Made by a program: the position numbers and the translations under genes. 64,000 nt of DNA from Novakomyces olei (lineage: Eukaryota). Under the pieces are notes generated by a model. The model was not told the DNA's origin, did not search any database, and was given only the letters and a program-made list of their open reading frames with translations. Position 1 is the first letter of the stretch, and each line of letters starts with the position of its first letter. Shown here in pieces: positions 11,705 to 25,074 of the stretch. The stretch lies in contig JADEYG010000012.1 in the NCBI GenBank assembly GCA_016906335.1, positions 62,001 through 126,000 on the forward strand, written 5' to 3'.

Positions 11705-14700
11705 ATGTCCGGTAGGCTTGGCGACAGAAGCCAAAGCATATCTTTTACGAGCTCCAGAGCAGAGCACCAAGAAATTCCACTTCACGCATTGGACCAATTA
11801 CGGGGATCGGAGGATGGCGACCGTCCGCTTGACGATTCTGATCTTACTCCCCTAATCAAGTCTTCGGATAGAGACAACATTGACGGCTTGCAGAATGGAC
11901 GAGAAGTTGTGATTGGCGGATCTAATAAAGGTGCATATCCTTCAAACTATGTTTCGAATTGCAAATATAATGCCGTGTCGTTTTTGCCTATTTGCTTGTA
12001 TGAGCAGGTAAGTTTTACAGATTATATTTCCCTGGCCTTTCCCTACTTTTGCTTCTCAGTGATGCTAAGTCTTTAGTTTAAATACTTTTTCAATCTTTAT
12101 TTCCTTTTGGTTGCATTATCGCAATTTCTTCCGCCTTTAAGGATTGGGTATTTGTCTACTTACGTTGCTCCTCTCGCTTTTGTATTGTTTGTAACTTTGG
12201 GGAAAGAAGCAATGGACGATATTACGCGTAGACGACGCGATACTTTAGCCAACTCGACACGCTATGATACTATCAAGCGAGGGACTATTGCTAGCAAAGA
12301 CCTCGTAGTAGGCGATATTCTAGTACTGCACAAAGGCGTTCGGGTCCCAGCGGATTGCATTTTACTCAAGACTGAAGGAGGTGAGGCGTTTATTCGAACT
12401 GATCAGCTGGATGGCGAAACGGATTGGAAGCTTCGAGTCTCCTGCAGTCTAACTCAAAATATTGACGACGAATCACTGAGGGATTGCAAGGCCACAATTT
12501 TCTGTGAACCGCCTTCTAAATCGATTCACTCTTTCCATGGGATTGCCAGTCTCGATGGAGCACGTGTGGCTCTCAGCGAGGACAATACTTTGTGGGCAAA
12601 TACTATTATGGCTTCCTCAAATGCCCTTGGCCTTATTGTATATACGGGTACTGAAACACGTCAAGCGATGAACACGGCCAAGGCCGGCACTAAAGTCGGT
12701 CTGTTAGAGGTCGAAGTAAACTTTATATCAAAGTTTCTCTGCGCTTTTACGCTATTACTCTCGACTGTACTCGTGGCACTGCACGGCTTTGGCAGTAAAT
12801 GGTACATAGCCGTGTTTAGATTCTTGATTTTGTTTTCCACTATTATTCCTATATCTCTCAGGGTCAACTTGGACTTGGCAAAGACCAAATATGCTCGTGA
12901 TATTGAGGGAGACAAAGACCTGCCCGGCACGATTGTGCGTACGTCCACTATTCCTGAAGACCTTGGGCGTATCGAATACCTGCTTTCCGATAAAACAGGG
13001 ACCTTGACCTGCAATGAAATGGAAATGAAAAAGCTGCATATTGGCACTGTTTCATACGCTGCAGACTCCCTGGATGAAGTCAAGTCTTTATTATCGGAGG
13101 AGACCACTTACAGAGCAAGACGAGGAATATCCCAAAGGGCGCGGGACGCTGTTTGGGCTCTTGCTATTTGTCATAATGTCACGCCAGTGGAATCTGAAGA
13201 TGAAGGGGTAGCTTATCAGGCTGCATCTCCCGATGAAATTGCCATTGTTAAATGGGTCGCAGAAATTGGGTTGCGCTTAGAGTATCGTGACAGAAACATA
13301 ATGCGAATTAGACAAGGTGATGTGCTTCATGAAATAAGAATATTAAATCTATTTCCATTTTCGTCAGAGAGCAAGCGTATGGGCATCGTTGCCGACGTTG
13401 GTGGATCAGTTTGGTTTTTCCAAAAAGGCGCCGACATGGTTATGACGAATATTGTGAACAAGACAGACTGGCTTGATGAGGAGTGTGGAAATATGGCTCG
13501 TGAGGGCTTACGCACTCTTGTTATTGGCAGGAAAAAAATACATGACTACGATTCGTTTGCACGTGCTTATGAAGCAGCTTCTTTGTCAATCGTGGATCGA
13601 GATGAAAGCATGGCACGAGTAGTGCAGAAAGGGTTAGAACGGGACCTTGAGCTTTTGGGGATTACGGGTGTGGAAGACAGGCTGCAGGATGATGTGAAGT
13701 CATCTCTTGAGCTGTTACGTAACGCTGGAATCAAAGTTTGGATGCTGACTGGCGATAAGGTAGAGACTGCCAGATGCATTGCTATTTCATCCCGTCTTGT
13801 CCGCAAGAGTCAAGTGTTTGCGACGATTGAAAAGGCTTCCCCATACGAAGCAATTACACAGTTGAAAGAAGCTCCCTCTGATGCTTGTCTGCTCATCGAC
13901 GGAACCTCTTTGCACGGATTGATGGAATATCATCTTACAGAGTTTATGCAGATATCTGTCACTCTTTCAACGGTGGTCGCTTGTCGCTGTAGTCCTACAC
14001 AAAAGGCAGAAGTAGCTTTAGCTATTCGCAATTTTACGCATAAGCGTGTATGCTGTATCGGCGATGGAGGGAATGATGTCAGTATGATTCAAGCTGCTGA
14101 TGTCGGGATTGGATTGGCCGGTAAAGAAGGTCGACAAGCCTCATTGGCGTCTGATTATTCAATTGAAAAATTTTGTTACATTACCCCGCTACTTTTATGG
14201 CACGGTCGAAATGCTTACCGAAATAGCTCAAAGCTGACGCAGCTGGTTATCCACAGAGGCCTTGTAATTGCGGTTGCGCAGGTCGTTTATTCAATCGCCT
14301 CTGCTTTTGAGCCTTTGGCGCTTTATCAGGGTTGGCTTATGGTGGGATATGCCACATTCTACACAATGATGCCATTGTTCAGTCTTGTCCTTGATCGTGA
14401 TGTCACAAAGAGTCTTAGTCTTCTTTACCCTGAATTGTATTTGGAGTTGAAAGGCACAAAAAAGCTCGGTTTGGCGGCATTTTTCCTTTGGAGTAGTGTT
14501 GCCATTTACCAGGGAGCTGTCATAATGGCATTGACTATACAGCTCATAGGTCTTAAAGATATGAAGAGAGCTGTTTCAGTCTCGTTTACGGCTGTTGTAC
14601 TCAACGAGCTAATTGTCATTGCTATGGAAGTTACAACCTGGTAGGTCGTGATGAATTCAGGGATTTGTTTTGTCATTTTTTAATTATTTTGTTTGCCCGA

Positions 14701-14950
14701 ATTGAATCTTGCTAACCTCGCTCTTAGGCATTATATAATGATAACAGTGCAAACGATTACACTCCTCTTATACGTCGGCTCTGTGCCTTTTCTCGGCGAC
14801 TATTTTGATCTCAAGTATCTCATAGCAAAGACTTTTGGGTTTTATTGGAAGACGGCGATCATCTTGGCGACGAGTATTGTACCGCTATGGCTTACACGCT
14901 CGATATACCGTTGGCTCAAGCCACCAAACTACACGAAGCTACGCCCGTAA
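11705..14950 (+). CDS. NEO1: P4-ATPase phospholipid flippase (Neo1/ATP9), 3 exons
   Basis: LDGETDWKLR, SDKTGTLT, LTGDKVET, IGDGGNDVSMIQ, C-terminal KPPNYTKL; introns about 12008-12075 and 14641-14727. Confidence 0.95.
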
Positions 14951-15050
14951 GTTTGGCTTTTCTGTTTTTTAACGGTTTATAGTTCGTACATATGCAGTAA
15001 TTATATAATAATTGATCCAATAGATAAATTTTGTTCCCTTATCTTTTGAT

Positions 15051-15715
15051 TCATGTGCTAATTTTCTTCCGTCCCATTGGTATTAGTCGTTCGTTGCCGT
15101 CATGCTGACTTTTTTTTATTCGCCGCTTTTTGCTGGGCCGATTCCGTTTATTCTTTTTAGCCAGTTTGGGCTGCTCAATTAAGGCTGATTTGCTCCTCCT
15201 ATCCCACGGCTATAAATGTTTGTTAGCATCTGCTTACAGCCCAGTGGAGAAGAAATATAAATTAATTGATTAATAAATAGAATAGCGATTAAAAAAAAAG
15301 TAGAAAAAAGTACTAATTACCCATATCTGCGTTGATAGTGAACGAATGGTATCAAATGTCATAGCAGATGACTCGAACTGTCTTTTCTCTAAATCCGTAA
15401 AGCTAGCACAGTTAAAATTTTTTGTCCTATATTGCCCCAAAACACTTACTAAGCCATAGAGTAGCTAGCAACCCTCTTCGGCGTTTCATAGTTGCCTTGT
15501 GTGGCATATTCGTCGTTGGCCAAGGCCACATACTGCTCAGTGCGCTTCGCATACAGAGGGAACAATAGTAACGGTGAAGCGTCGATATTATTTATAGCTT
15601 CGCCCGTACCAGAATTCTCTAGCTCATCAGTCGACCTGTCTACATACTCAAAGTCTGGAATTAGATCGTCCAATTGCTTCAATTTTGTAGAAGTGCTCCG
15701 ATTTTGCGTGCCCAT
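15051..15715 (-). CDS. Small fungal protein with basic C-terminus, DUF2011-like, 3 exons
   Basis: ORF 15449-15715 continues through introns 15403-15449 (GTAAGT) and 15210-15320 (GTAATT...GCTAAC...TAG) to FTDLEKRQFESSAMTF...WPW...RNRPSKKRRIKK...stop. Family assignment is from recalled motif pattern only. Confidence 0.6.
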
Positions 15716-16140
15716 CTCGGCTCATGCTGCCATTAGTTCCTTCAAACAAAATGATAATAATTAAACTGCGCTACAATAATATGCAATAGACCAAAACTAT
15801 GCAGACGGGTACCCGTCCGTATATATTATTATTATGAGCAAGGTAGACCATGTGAAAGCATCATATGTCTTACGGAAATAAAGTGTCGCTGGGGGATGAT
15901 CTAATTATCATACAGTAAACAGGGCTTCAAGCAGACCATTGGATTTCAAAAACGCCATATTTGTCTCCTCCACCTCGAGTTAATAATATACTCATCTCGA
16001 ATTAGGCCCTTCCACCCTGTGCTAGTGTGTTCAATTACTTATGTAAATAAATATGTAATGAATTATGACAGTTGTGCATGGATCTATCTTAATTATGCCA
16101 AAACTTATGCCTCAAATTTGGTTTTGGCAATGCACTCAAG

Positions 16141-17163
16141 ATGCCAGTTGTGCGGCACACACAGCTAGCTGACCGAGTCCTTTCATTTCGAGATCAGTCA
16201 CCTTTGATAGCAATTGAGCATTCACATTTACAGGCGCCAACTTTAATTTTTCATGAAGTTGTGGACAGGGCTCGAAATGCTGGCTACAAAATCATTCATG
16301 TGCTTTTAAGAAGCAGGCTACACAAATCGGAGAAAGACGACGTCTACATCGAACCATTGACAGACAGCGACGAGCTTAATTTTAAAAAAGTATCAGATTC
16401 AGTCCTACAAAATATCCGTAAACAGCAAGATGCGGCGCGATCACGTGCTCCGAAATTTCTGGTTGCAATTGACTCAATTCAACCATTACTTCTTTCAGAC
16501 GAAGAAATCGTTGCCGAGTTTCTGACAAGTTTTTTGATGTTTCGTAAGTCTTTTAAACATAGTATGCACTAACAGTTTCTAGCCAATACTTGTGTTTTAT
16601 ATACGATGTCGAGTGACTTGCTCTCTCAAAGATATGATGCACCTTCAGCCAGTGTTGCTTTAAAATATATCGCTACCACTATTGTTCAGGTGGAGTCGCT
16701 TCAAGTTAAAATAAAGGAGCAAACCGCTAGTCGCCGCGCTTTGCCATCACCGACTGATAACGATCTTTCCAGGAACGGTGTTCTTTATACCTTGGGAAGC
16801 AATTGTCCAGATAGCTATATTACATTTGAGCATAGGAGGAAATCTGGTCGAGCAATAGTCGAGAATTATGTGTACATTTACAAGGAACGGGCATTTAGAT
16901 CTCTAGAAACAATTCCAGAGCTGGAGACGCCAAAAGCTTATGTACCAGAGACTGGTCAACAAGAAAATTTGGATGATGTGACCTTTAATCTGAGTCTTAC
17001 GGACGAGCAAAGGGAAGCCAAGGACCGGGTGCTCTTGCCTCATTTCCAAGCGCAAACGACTACTAGAACGAACGAATCAGAGGAAACCTCGGGAATATTC
17101 TACACACCGGATTCGGCGGATGACTATGATGATGAAGATGTTGATGACGATATGACGTTTTGA
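16141..17163 (+). CDS. ELP5: Elongator subunit Elp5/Iki1, 2 exons
   Basis: LKYIATTI, EHRRKSGR, TFNLSLTDEQREAKDRVLLPHF, IFYTPDSADDYDDEDVDDD; 39-nt intron 16544-16582. Confidence 0.85.
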
Positions 17164-17202
17164 ATTTAAAAAATCCCGTTTGCTTGAGCCTTCTAAATTA
17201 CA

Positions 17203-18079
17203 CTAGTAAAAAAATTTGTAATAAAGAAAGATAGCGAAAATTATGCCCACAATGCCGATAGGTCCGTATTGCCGCCAAATAGCCTCAAGATTGATGCGGC
17301 GAGCAGCACGGCGATACTTGAGACTTTCATCGCGTAGATTTGAGCTTAGATCAGTCATGCGGTCCAGCGAATCACCACGATACAATAAGTCTTCAATGTT
17401 TTTCGTCATGACACGTGTAACATCCTGTAAGTCTGCATGGAGCTGATCCAAGTTGCTTGAGGCTTTTGGTGCAACAAATGAGCGCTGTAATTTTTGAATA
17501 TTGTTATCTTGTATGTAAGTCAACTGCATCCGTAAATTGACACAAAGGAAGTTGCAAAAATGAGAATAAACACAATAAAATAGGCTTACCAAATTGGACA
17601 AACGCGTAAGGTCGAAGGCCATGCTGTAATGATTCGGCGCCATAATTTGCTTGAAACTCTCGCGATAACTCATTTAAATAGGTGAAAGCTAATTTACGTG
17701 GAAAGCTCTGATCACAAATACAGAGATAACAGATCGATGCATCAATGAGGTAGCTAAAAGTTGTTAATAAAATCCTTTTAATTTGATCCAGATACTGTAA
17801 GATATAATTTCCCGACTCTATTGATGCGCGAGGTTCGGAGTTTAAATTTAATTTTCGGACAACTAATTTGGCCTGATGCTTCTGGTCGGCTAGATCATTC
17901 TCGGCCTTGAATTATGGATATTAGTATAGCTTTCACGATTGGTGTGGTTTTGCATTACCTGTTCATCGTCTACAGATGCTGCTAAAGGAAGACCTGCATT
18001 TTGTTAACTAATTTACAATGGCAATAATTTCGATCTTCTTACTGTCTGTCACACGATAAATAGACGTTGACCGCACCAT
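17203..18079 (-). CDS. SEC22: R-SNARE Sec22, 5 exons
   Basis: MVRST..LPLAASVDDEQ, FPRKLAFTYL, RPYAFVQFD, DVTRVMTKNIEDLLYRGDSLD, C-terminal TM; four GT-AG introns. Confidence 0.93.
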
Positions 18080-18379
18080 GAGGTTGTGTGAATATGCGCT
18101 GCAGACACGGATCTCCTTTATATTTCGTATATAATTGGTGCTAAAAAATATAATGGTAACAAAAACAGATCTCAACGTATTCGAAAAAGCTAGAGAAATA
18201 AAAAAAGAATATTATTAAGCGTAGTATATTCTGCTCTAATTATTATGAGCGTATCGAAAATAATACAAAAAATATTCATTACAATTAACTAAACCAATTT
18301 CGATTACAAATTTTATTATTACTCATATTTAGTCTATTATTCATTGCTATTTTCACCCTTCCCGACAAAGTAATATCAA

Positions 18380-19665
18380 TTAGTTGGATGCAACCTTGCG
18401 CCTCTTCATAGACTTCTTTTTTGACAGGGGATCCTTAGAATTCTGTGACTTTGAAGCGTCCTGATGCTTAGACTCGGCTTCAGGCTTTACAGAGGAAAGT
18501 AAGCTTTTTACAGGAGCCAAGTTGGGCTTGGAAGCATCTTTACTTTCTTCCAAATTTTCCCCATCCACTTCAAGCTTATAAGGCTCAGAATCACTTAGCC
18601 AGACAGGTAAAGCAGCGCTGTCCAATGTCTTTATGTATAGTCCACGAATGCCGTCCCATCCTTTAGGAACAACCGCATTATTCTTGAATGTTTGTTGAGG
18701 CGCTCCAACAGTCTCACCGCTCGTACCAACAAGAGCGCCAACAATATCTTCAACATTTTGAGCCAACTGCTTTGCGGTCATTCCTGTGTGTCCAATTTTG
18801 ACTGAAGTGCTCGTTCCTGGAGACAAATTGATATAAACACTCTCTAAAGCTTTCTTTATTTCTTTCTCAAGCTTTTCTGGTCCCGTTTTTATATCGTAGT
18901 CCTGCCCAATCGGCTTTTTGGGTTGACTTGACAACTGCTGCTTCAATTTTTGCGATTTTGGTAACGGCCTTGTTTTTTGAATTTCAATAGTTAGGGGAAT
19001 CTTCGACTTTGCCTTTTTGTAAAACGTTGAACCCAATGAGCTAGGTAACAACTCTCCAATACGATCATCGGCGAGAAAGACGTCATAAGAGTCACGCAAC
19101 CGCCGCTTTGCTTCAAAATTGCCGTACTTGCCTTTGAACTTTGAAATGCCCACCACCTTCGTTACAAGCTCCTTAAGTATCGGATTAGATCGCACCATCT
19201 CTTTTATAGGCTCTGCAGGATCTTTTACAATTAGGCAGCATTCGACTGCTCCACGCTCTTGAACTGGATTTCGCACAATACTATATGGTTAGCATATCAA
19301 AGCAAAGAGAATAAATTCTTGATAAGCATCAGAAATTATTATTGAAAAAAAAGTCAAAAGAGTCCTTACATTCTTTTTGGTTTGAGCCGTCTTCGATCTA
19401 CAATGACATCCATTGTGCCGACTTGTAAATAAACTGGTTCACCGTGTGCAGCATTATCATTGACTTCTTGATCAAAGTCATCTAACAGGTTGCGCTTGCG
19501 TTTATTTCCATGCTTCGCTGCCTTTTCATTCAGTCTTGCTGTATGCTTGAGTAAAGCCCGGGCCGCTTTCAGCAACTGATATGGTAAGCCTCATTTAAAG
19601 CGTTAAAAATGAAAAACGATTGTATAAAGAAAACTGACCTGCTCATTGTCGAGTCGATGCTCCAT
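18380..19665 (-). CDS. Ribosomal-L1-domain nucleolar protein (Cic1/Utp30/RSL1D1-like), 3 exons
   Basis: KAARALLKH, CLIVKDP, YDVFLADDRI..LP..LG..FY, YIKT..SAALPVW. Confidence 0.85.
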
Positions 19666-19982
19666 TGAAAATAAATATTTTCGGTGAGCTTTTTCCCTTC
19701 CTTTTTTTTTTATATTTGTTTCGTTTAATAGCTATAAAGAAGAGTGTTTATTTGAAGCGCAACTATTATCCTACATACTAAAATTTAAGCCTGGCAACAG
19801 CCAGAAAATAATATTAGTGCATATTAAAGCTGCTGACTATATTCACCATTATATTCGCTGACTTTAAAACGTAATAAATAACCCCGAATAGCCAACATAA
19901 TAAGCGGTCGCAGTCGTTATTATAATCATACTTCATTCTAATCGCCGCTACTTCTTCCGGAGAACCTACGCAGCCAAGCGTC

Positions 19983-20540
19983 ATGGCCGGCCTAAAGTCG
20001 ATTATGGGCTTGTCCTTTGTGTTGGCCATAGGTAATAGAATTGTACGGCATAATTACTAATACAAGGCTTTCTTCTTGTTATTCTCTCATGTGCTCTTTA
20101 CAAAAACTGGTTGCCGTTGCTTGTTGCTCTTACCTTTGTGCTTGCTCCAATCCCCAACGCTATTTGCTCACGTTTTTCGCAAGCTGACGATCTCATAAGT
20201 GATGAAGATCGGTAAGATCATTGCTTTATACTGACTAGACTGCTAAATTATAAAGATCTAGTGCTGCAGTCGGGTTTGGCCAATACATGACAGGCTTTCT
20301 CGTCGTCAGCGGCCTTGGTACGTACATTCTATTCTTTTTCGATTATTGGCTCTAAACTGCTCTTTGCCCCTTTATTTTCTCTTAATTTGCTGACCAATCT
20401 TAGCACTTCCGGGGATGCTTACTCATTGCAACGTCATCATCAAAGAAGCGGGCATCATGTCTATTAGCGGTGGTCTACTTGTATATGGCACGATTATTGC
20501 ATACTCTCATTTTTTCTCTCAGCAAACCGAAGATTATTAA
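19983..20540 (+). CDS. VPS55: Vps55/OB-RGRP vacuolar sorting membrane protein, 4 exons (absent from ORF track)
   Basis: Spliced product MAGLKSIMGLSFVLAIGFLLVILSCALYKNWLPL...LAPIPN...FGQYMTGFL..S..ALP..L.H...FFSQQTEDY; first intron 20032-20066 is 35 nt. Confidence 0.9.
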
Positions 20541-21179
20541 GCAGTTTAATAAGACCGGCGCATGAAGCTTCCAACGTGCTTATCTGTAAGGGTGCAAAAT
20601 GAATGAAAATTCGCCTCTGTGTCTTTGCTCATCACGAGATACCTTTTCCTCGTGTCTAAGTCGGCCTTGTGAACCATTAATGATTATGTATATTCACTCA
20701 AGTGACATTTAGCATGTAGTTTTACAGTGATAGAGTTTTAAAGGGTTTGAGAGGTAGTCTTACAATGTAAGTTACCCATGGCATGCCACATTGACATGTT
20801 TTTGCCTTCTTGTGGTCTAGCAGTCGTTTCCTTTTAATCAATATTCTTAGTTGTCTTATTACCAGTACCATCGATTTTGAAAACTAATTACAGATTAGTT
20901 TTATTTGGGCTTAGAACATTTTATCCTGTTTGTGCAACTATCCTTGTTTCCTTAGAGAAATAATCACGGCATGCGAGTAGCCATACGAGAAAGCTTCAAA
21001 ATAAAAATGTTTAATATACTACTATTATTTCAAAATAAACAGTACACATTACTCGTCCATTTTGTTTAGATAATCTATAACAATGAATACAATAGATATG
21101 GGTATCATACGGTAATTGCGAACAAGTTTGGCAGAAAACAAAAGCAAGAATTTCACTTCATGGGTCTCATTGTTTTTGC

Positions 21180-23732
21180 CTATGTCCACAAGCGTGCTTC
21201 ACCATCCGCTCCAGCGCTTATAGCCCAAGCATTTGTACCGCCCACCCAGGAGGCTCCCAATACACCGAGTCCATTAAAAGTCGAATGACCTCTCAGAATT
21301 TTAAGCGGCACAATCAATGGCGACAGCATGAGATCTGCAAACGTACGACCATGAAAGACTTGTAAAGAGCCGTCATCAGAAGCAGATATAAACAGGGGTA
21401 AATCAGGATGAAATTGAACGTCTCGAATAGCTTTAGCATGGAAACGCATGGTTTTAAAGGGCTTATTGCCCATATCAAGGTCGAACCAAGCCAACCTCCT
21501 ATCGTAAGAGCCCACAAGAATATGATCTCCACTTGGATGAATGGAAACTGAGGAAACCCAACGCATTCCTGTCTGCAGAGTACGAACCAACTCTCCCTGA
21601 GAAAGGTCAAAGATACGAACGTAACGTTGGGTGGCAACTACAAGCCATGGCTTAGCCGGATGAAACTTAACTGCCTGTATCTGTCCATAAGCTCGACGGA
21701 AAGGAACTTGCGTCCGATGCCGAGGAATGTGATGAATTAAAACAGCATTAGATTCACTGGCTTGAGACGCTGTGACGAGATATTCACCACGGCGATGCCA
21801 ATTCAATCGTTTAATTACGCTTTGTACCGATATTTGTAAACAAATGCCTTGTTCTTGCTGTGATTTTGAGCATTTCGTCCATTTATAACGCGGCTGTTTC
21901 TCCCCGCCCGAAGCAGCTACGCCAAATCCATTTAGAAGGAAAGCCCTGCATTCCCCTGCATCGGTCTCGGACAGGATTGATGGAATTATAAAATAAACAG
22001 AGGCCCCAGAAGCAGCAGCAATAAAAGGATGCTTAGAATTGGGATTCCAAGCGACATGATCAATTTTGTCGCCGACAAATGTGCTATATAATAATCTGCC
22101 ACTGACAATTTCCCAAACTTTGACTGTTCCATCATCGCCGCCTGTAGCAAGAAATTCTTTGCGTAAAACATCACACGTCCGCACACTTCCCTCGTGTCCC
22201 TTATAAACAACTGCATTTTTTACAGGGAAGGGTCGTAACTCTCTTGGCGACGGCAGTTTTGGTACAAGCGATTCTGGATCAATATTGAGCTTGCTGTGCC
22301 TGACACGGGGAGCAAGGTACAAGTCCAAGCACCTCTCAAACCTTTCGTTTACAAATCTTTGCCAGCCAGGGACCAGACGGAGAGCAGAAAATTTTTTGGC
22401 AATAAATTTAGATTTGCCTTCTTCATCGTCCAGCTTGTCAAGAGCCTCTTTCTCTTCTTTGGTAGGGAGATATTCTTCCGGAGGATTATAAGACTCTTCG
22501 TGTCCGGGAAGTCTCATCTTGGGAGCGGGCATATGCATTACATGATCCTTGCGTTCATTCTCCAGGCCAGCCCATACATCGTACCTTGCAATGTCTTCTT
22601 CGTCTTCTTGTTTAGGCTTGTTTGGTATAATGCGGCCTTCTTTGATTGCTTTAGCCAGTTGTACAATCTGGAACGTTAGCGGCAAAATAAGACTTGAAAG
22701 AAGGCGAGGAAAGAATCTAGAATATCAAATGATAGACTTCTGAGAAGTATTCTGAAAAATGAATAAATAAGTGAAACAAAATCAAAATTCACGATCACTG
22801 ATAGGCAAAAGTGGTTGAGAATATGTATAAACGCAGCAACGAAATATTAGAAATTCAATTGCAGGGCTTACCTTCTTTTGTTCGTGTTTGCTGGGCACGA
22901 ATCGACTTTTTGGCTCATTGCCTCTGTTAGAGATGGGAGTGACCTGTAGCCGAGACGTGAACCAGTCTACGTATTCAGGATAAGGATCTGATGCTTCGTC
23001 AGGCACAATATTTTTGCTGACGCGCTTGAGAGTTTCAATTTGCTCAGGCGTAAGCTTGGCCATCTCTCCAGTTTCTGGGTCCAAGACGCCCGTGTACGCT
23101 GAATCCATATCGAGTTCGCCAAGTAAGGCATCGATAGCGTCTCGGGTTGCAGGACGCATTATCCTTTTGCCATTGATATCATAGCCAATATGAGGCATTT
23201 CATTATATTTGGCAAGAAGTGCAGTGTCTCCAATTGTGTTTGTAGCAGACTCGGTACTAGAATCGCTGGCATAACCTGCGTCAATCTCTGGCTTTATCTT
23301 CCTCTCGACTCCATTAGAATAAGATCCATATTGAACATCATCATCATCATCATCATCATCATCTTCTTCCTCTTCCTCTCCGCTATCGCTGTCGGTAGGA
23401 TACTCATCAGAGGGAACATCATCTGGCTCACTGTCTGCACTTATACTTGTTTTGCTGTCGCCCTCTGACGAACTCTGCAGGGATTCCGAGACATCTTTAT
23501 CATCCTCGTCATCATCTGTGAGTCCAGGGTCTAACTCAACATCAGAAGAAAATGATGCTTCTGAAACTGAATCATCTTCATCCTTTTCATCGTCGGCCGC
23601 TGGACGTTTTACACTGGGAATTCGTTTCTCTGATACTTTCGCACCATTTAAAGACTTTTTTGTTAAATCCCGTGCTGAGCTATTATTAAACTTTGTGTTG
23701 CTTTGCCTTTTGGCTCTTTCTCTGCCAGGCAT
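21180..23732 (-). CDS. ERB1: Ribosome biogenesis WD40 protein Erb1/BOP1, 2 exons
   Basis: PHIGYDINGKRIMRP, EPKSRFVPSKHE, ESYNPPEEYLP, ERFERCLDLYLAPR, WD repeats; intron of about 200 nt near 22670-22872. Confidence 0.95.
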
Positions 23733-23794
23733 GACGGCTTTGCCCCTTAGGCTGACTTTGTCGCTCGCCAAAATTTTTGCCAGTTGCAATATAT

Positions 23795-23968
23795 TTATAT
23801 TTATTATTTATTATTTATTATTTATTATTTATTATTTATTATTTATTATTTATTATTTATTATTTATTATTTATTATTTATTAATTATTATTTATTATTT
23901 ATTATTTATTATTTATTATTTATTATTTATTATTTATTATTTATTATTTATTATTTATTATTTATTTC
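23795..23968. repeat. Compound A/T microsatellite (TTA/TTTA units) just upstream of ERB1
   Basis: Pure T/A array of about 170 bp; it produces the spurious IIYYLLF ORFs. Confidence 0.95.
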
Positions 23969-24126
23969 TATTTCATAAAGATCAACTATATATCTAATAC
24001 TTGAGCAGATTGCAGATACTGGAAATAACGATGCTTAATGAAAAGATTAAATTGTTAAATACATTTTTAATCATGCAAACAACACTTGGCATCTCGTCTT
24101 AAATTGCTATTGTCATAGCCATTAAT

Positions 24127-24487
24127 CTAGTGGTGCTCGTGGGCCTTATGTTTGCGATAGCTGAAGTAGTAATTGAAAAGGTACCCGCCTCCAGCAACGA
24201 TGAAGATGGCATGCAGGACAGGCCAACCCGTACCATCATAGCGAGCACGATAACCTCGACCCTTGGAGGAAACCTCGCCTTTCGGTAAATGGGTATAAAA
24301 GTTCACAACACGGCTCATTCTGGCGGCATCCTTGGGGGCTCCGATAGCCTAGTTAGAGTTATGTCAGTTATAGTTTCAGCAACTAGAAGATATGGAAAAA
24401 TAACATCGAATGACTTACCGAGGGCGAAGCAATTTTAGGAGGTACCAAAGAGCGCGTAGAATACGCGCGACGTGCAATAAAAGACAT
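24127..24487 (-). CDS. ATP17: Mitochondrial ATP synthase subunit f, 2 coding exons plus a probable 5'UTR intron
   Basis: MSFIARRAYSTRSLVPPKIASPS|AIGAPKDAARMSRVVNFYTHLPKG...RYRARY...P.LH...GY..NYYF...HH. Confidence 0.9.
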
Positions 24488-24546
24488 CTAGAACATATTA
24501 GATCAAATCCAAGAAAGTCTCAAAATGGCTCAAATTCAGCTAAAAT

Positions 24547-24617
24547 TCAGATGATCTGCTCGTCATCTTTAATTGTAACTTGAAAACTGAAAATTGAATT
24601 GAAAAAGAGATCATCAT
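24547..24617 (-). ncRNA. Candidate intronic box C/D snoRNA
   Basis: ATGATGA (box C), ATGACGA (C'-like) and CTGA (box D), 71 nt, inside predicted intron 24488-24786 and about 45 nt upstream of the CTAAT branch site. Confidence 0.5.
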
Positions 24618-25074
24618 TAGAAGCCAGATATTCCGTAATTCTAAAGTAAGGCAACTCGTAAATCCTAGATCCAAGGTTCAAGATCAATTGCAGCATCGTA
24701 ATTTGACCATAAAATTGTCCATAGATAGACGGCCAGGTCTGTAATAGCCAAATACAAAGTCTTTGCATAATTGGAGTTGGGCTTACCCTGTATACTTTCT
24801 CGCAAAGCTTTTGAACTGGCCTTTAGTGACTTTGTCCTACCGAGAACTGTTCAGCAAATTAAGCAAACACCACCGGAATAGCTGCCGCCATTTGCACCGG
24901 GTTTTCTGAAAGATGAAGTCAGGGTTTTTTCATAACATATACTCCACACCATTAAGTATGGATTATAGTAGGGTGTAACCCTAAGAGTTCCTTCATGACT
25001 GCTCCAAGCATGTATACAGAATACTACACACAACACACAATATAGAGCGTCACTAAATACCTAAATACTAAACA

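Noticed and set aside
15716-15733. Upstream ATGs before the DUF2011-like gene
   Set aside because: TSS unknown and the gene start itself is uncertain, so a uORF claim is unsupported.
23452-23997. ORFs with IIYYLLF repeats, and the similar YLFI ORF at 32812-33093
   Set aside because: Antisense to ERB1 or read-through of A/T microsatellites.
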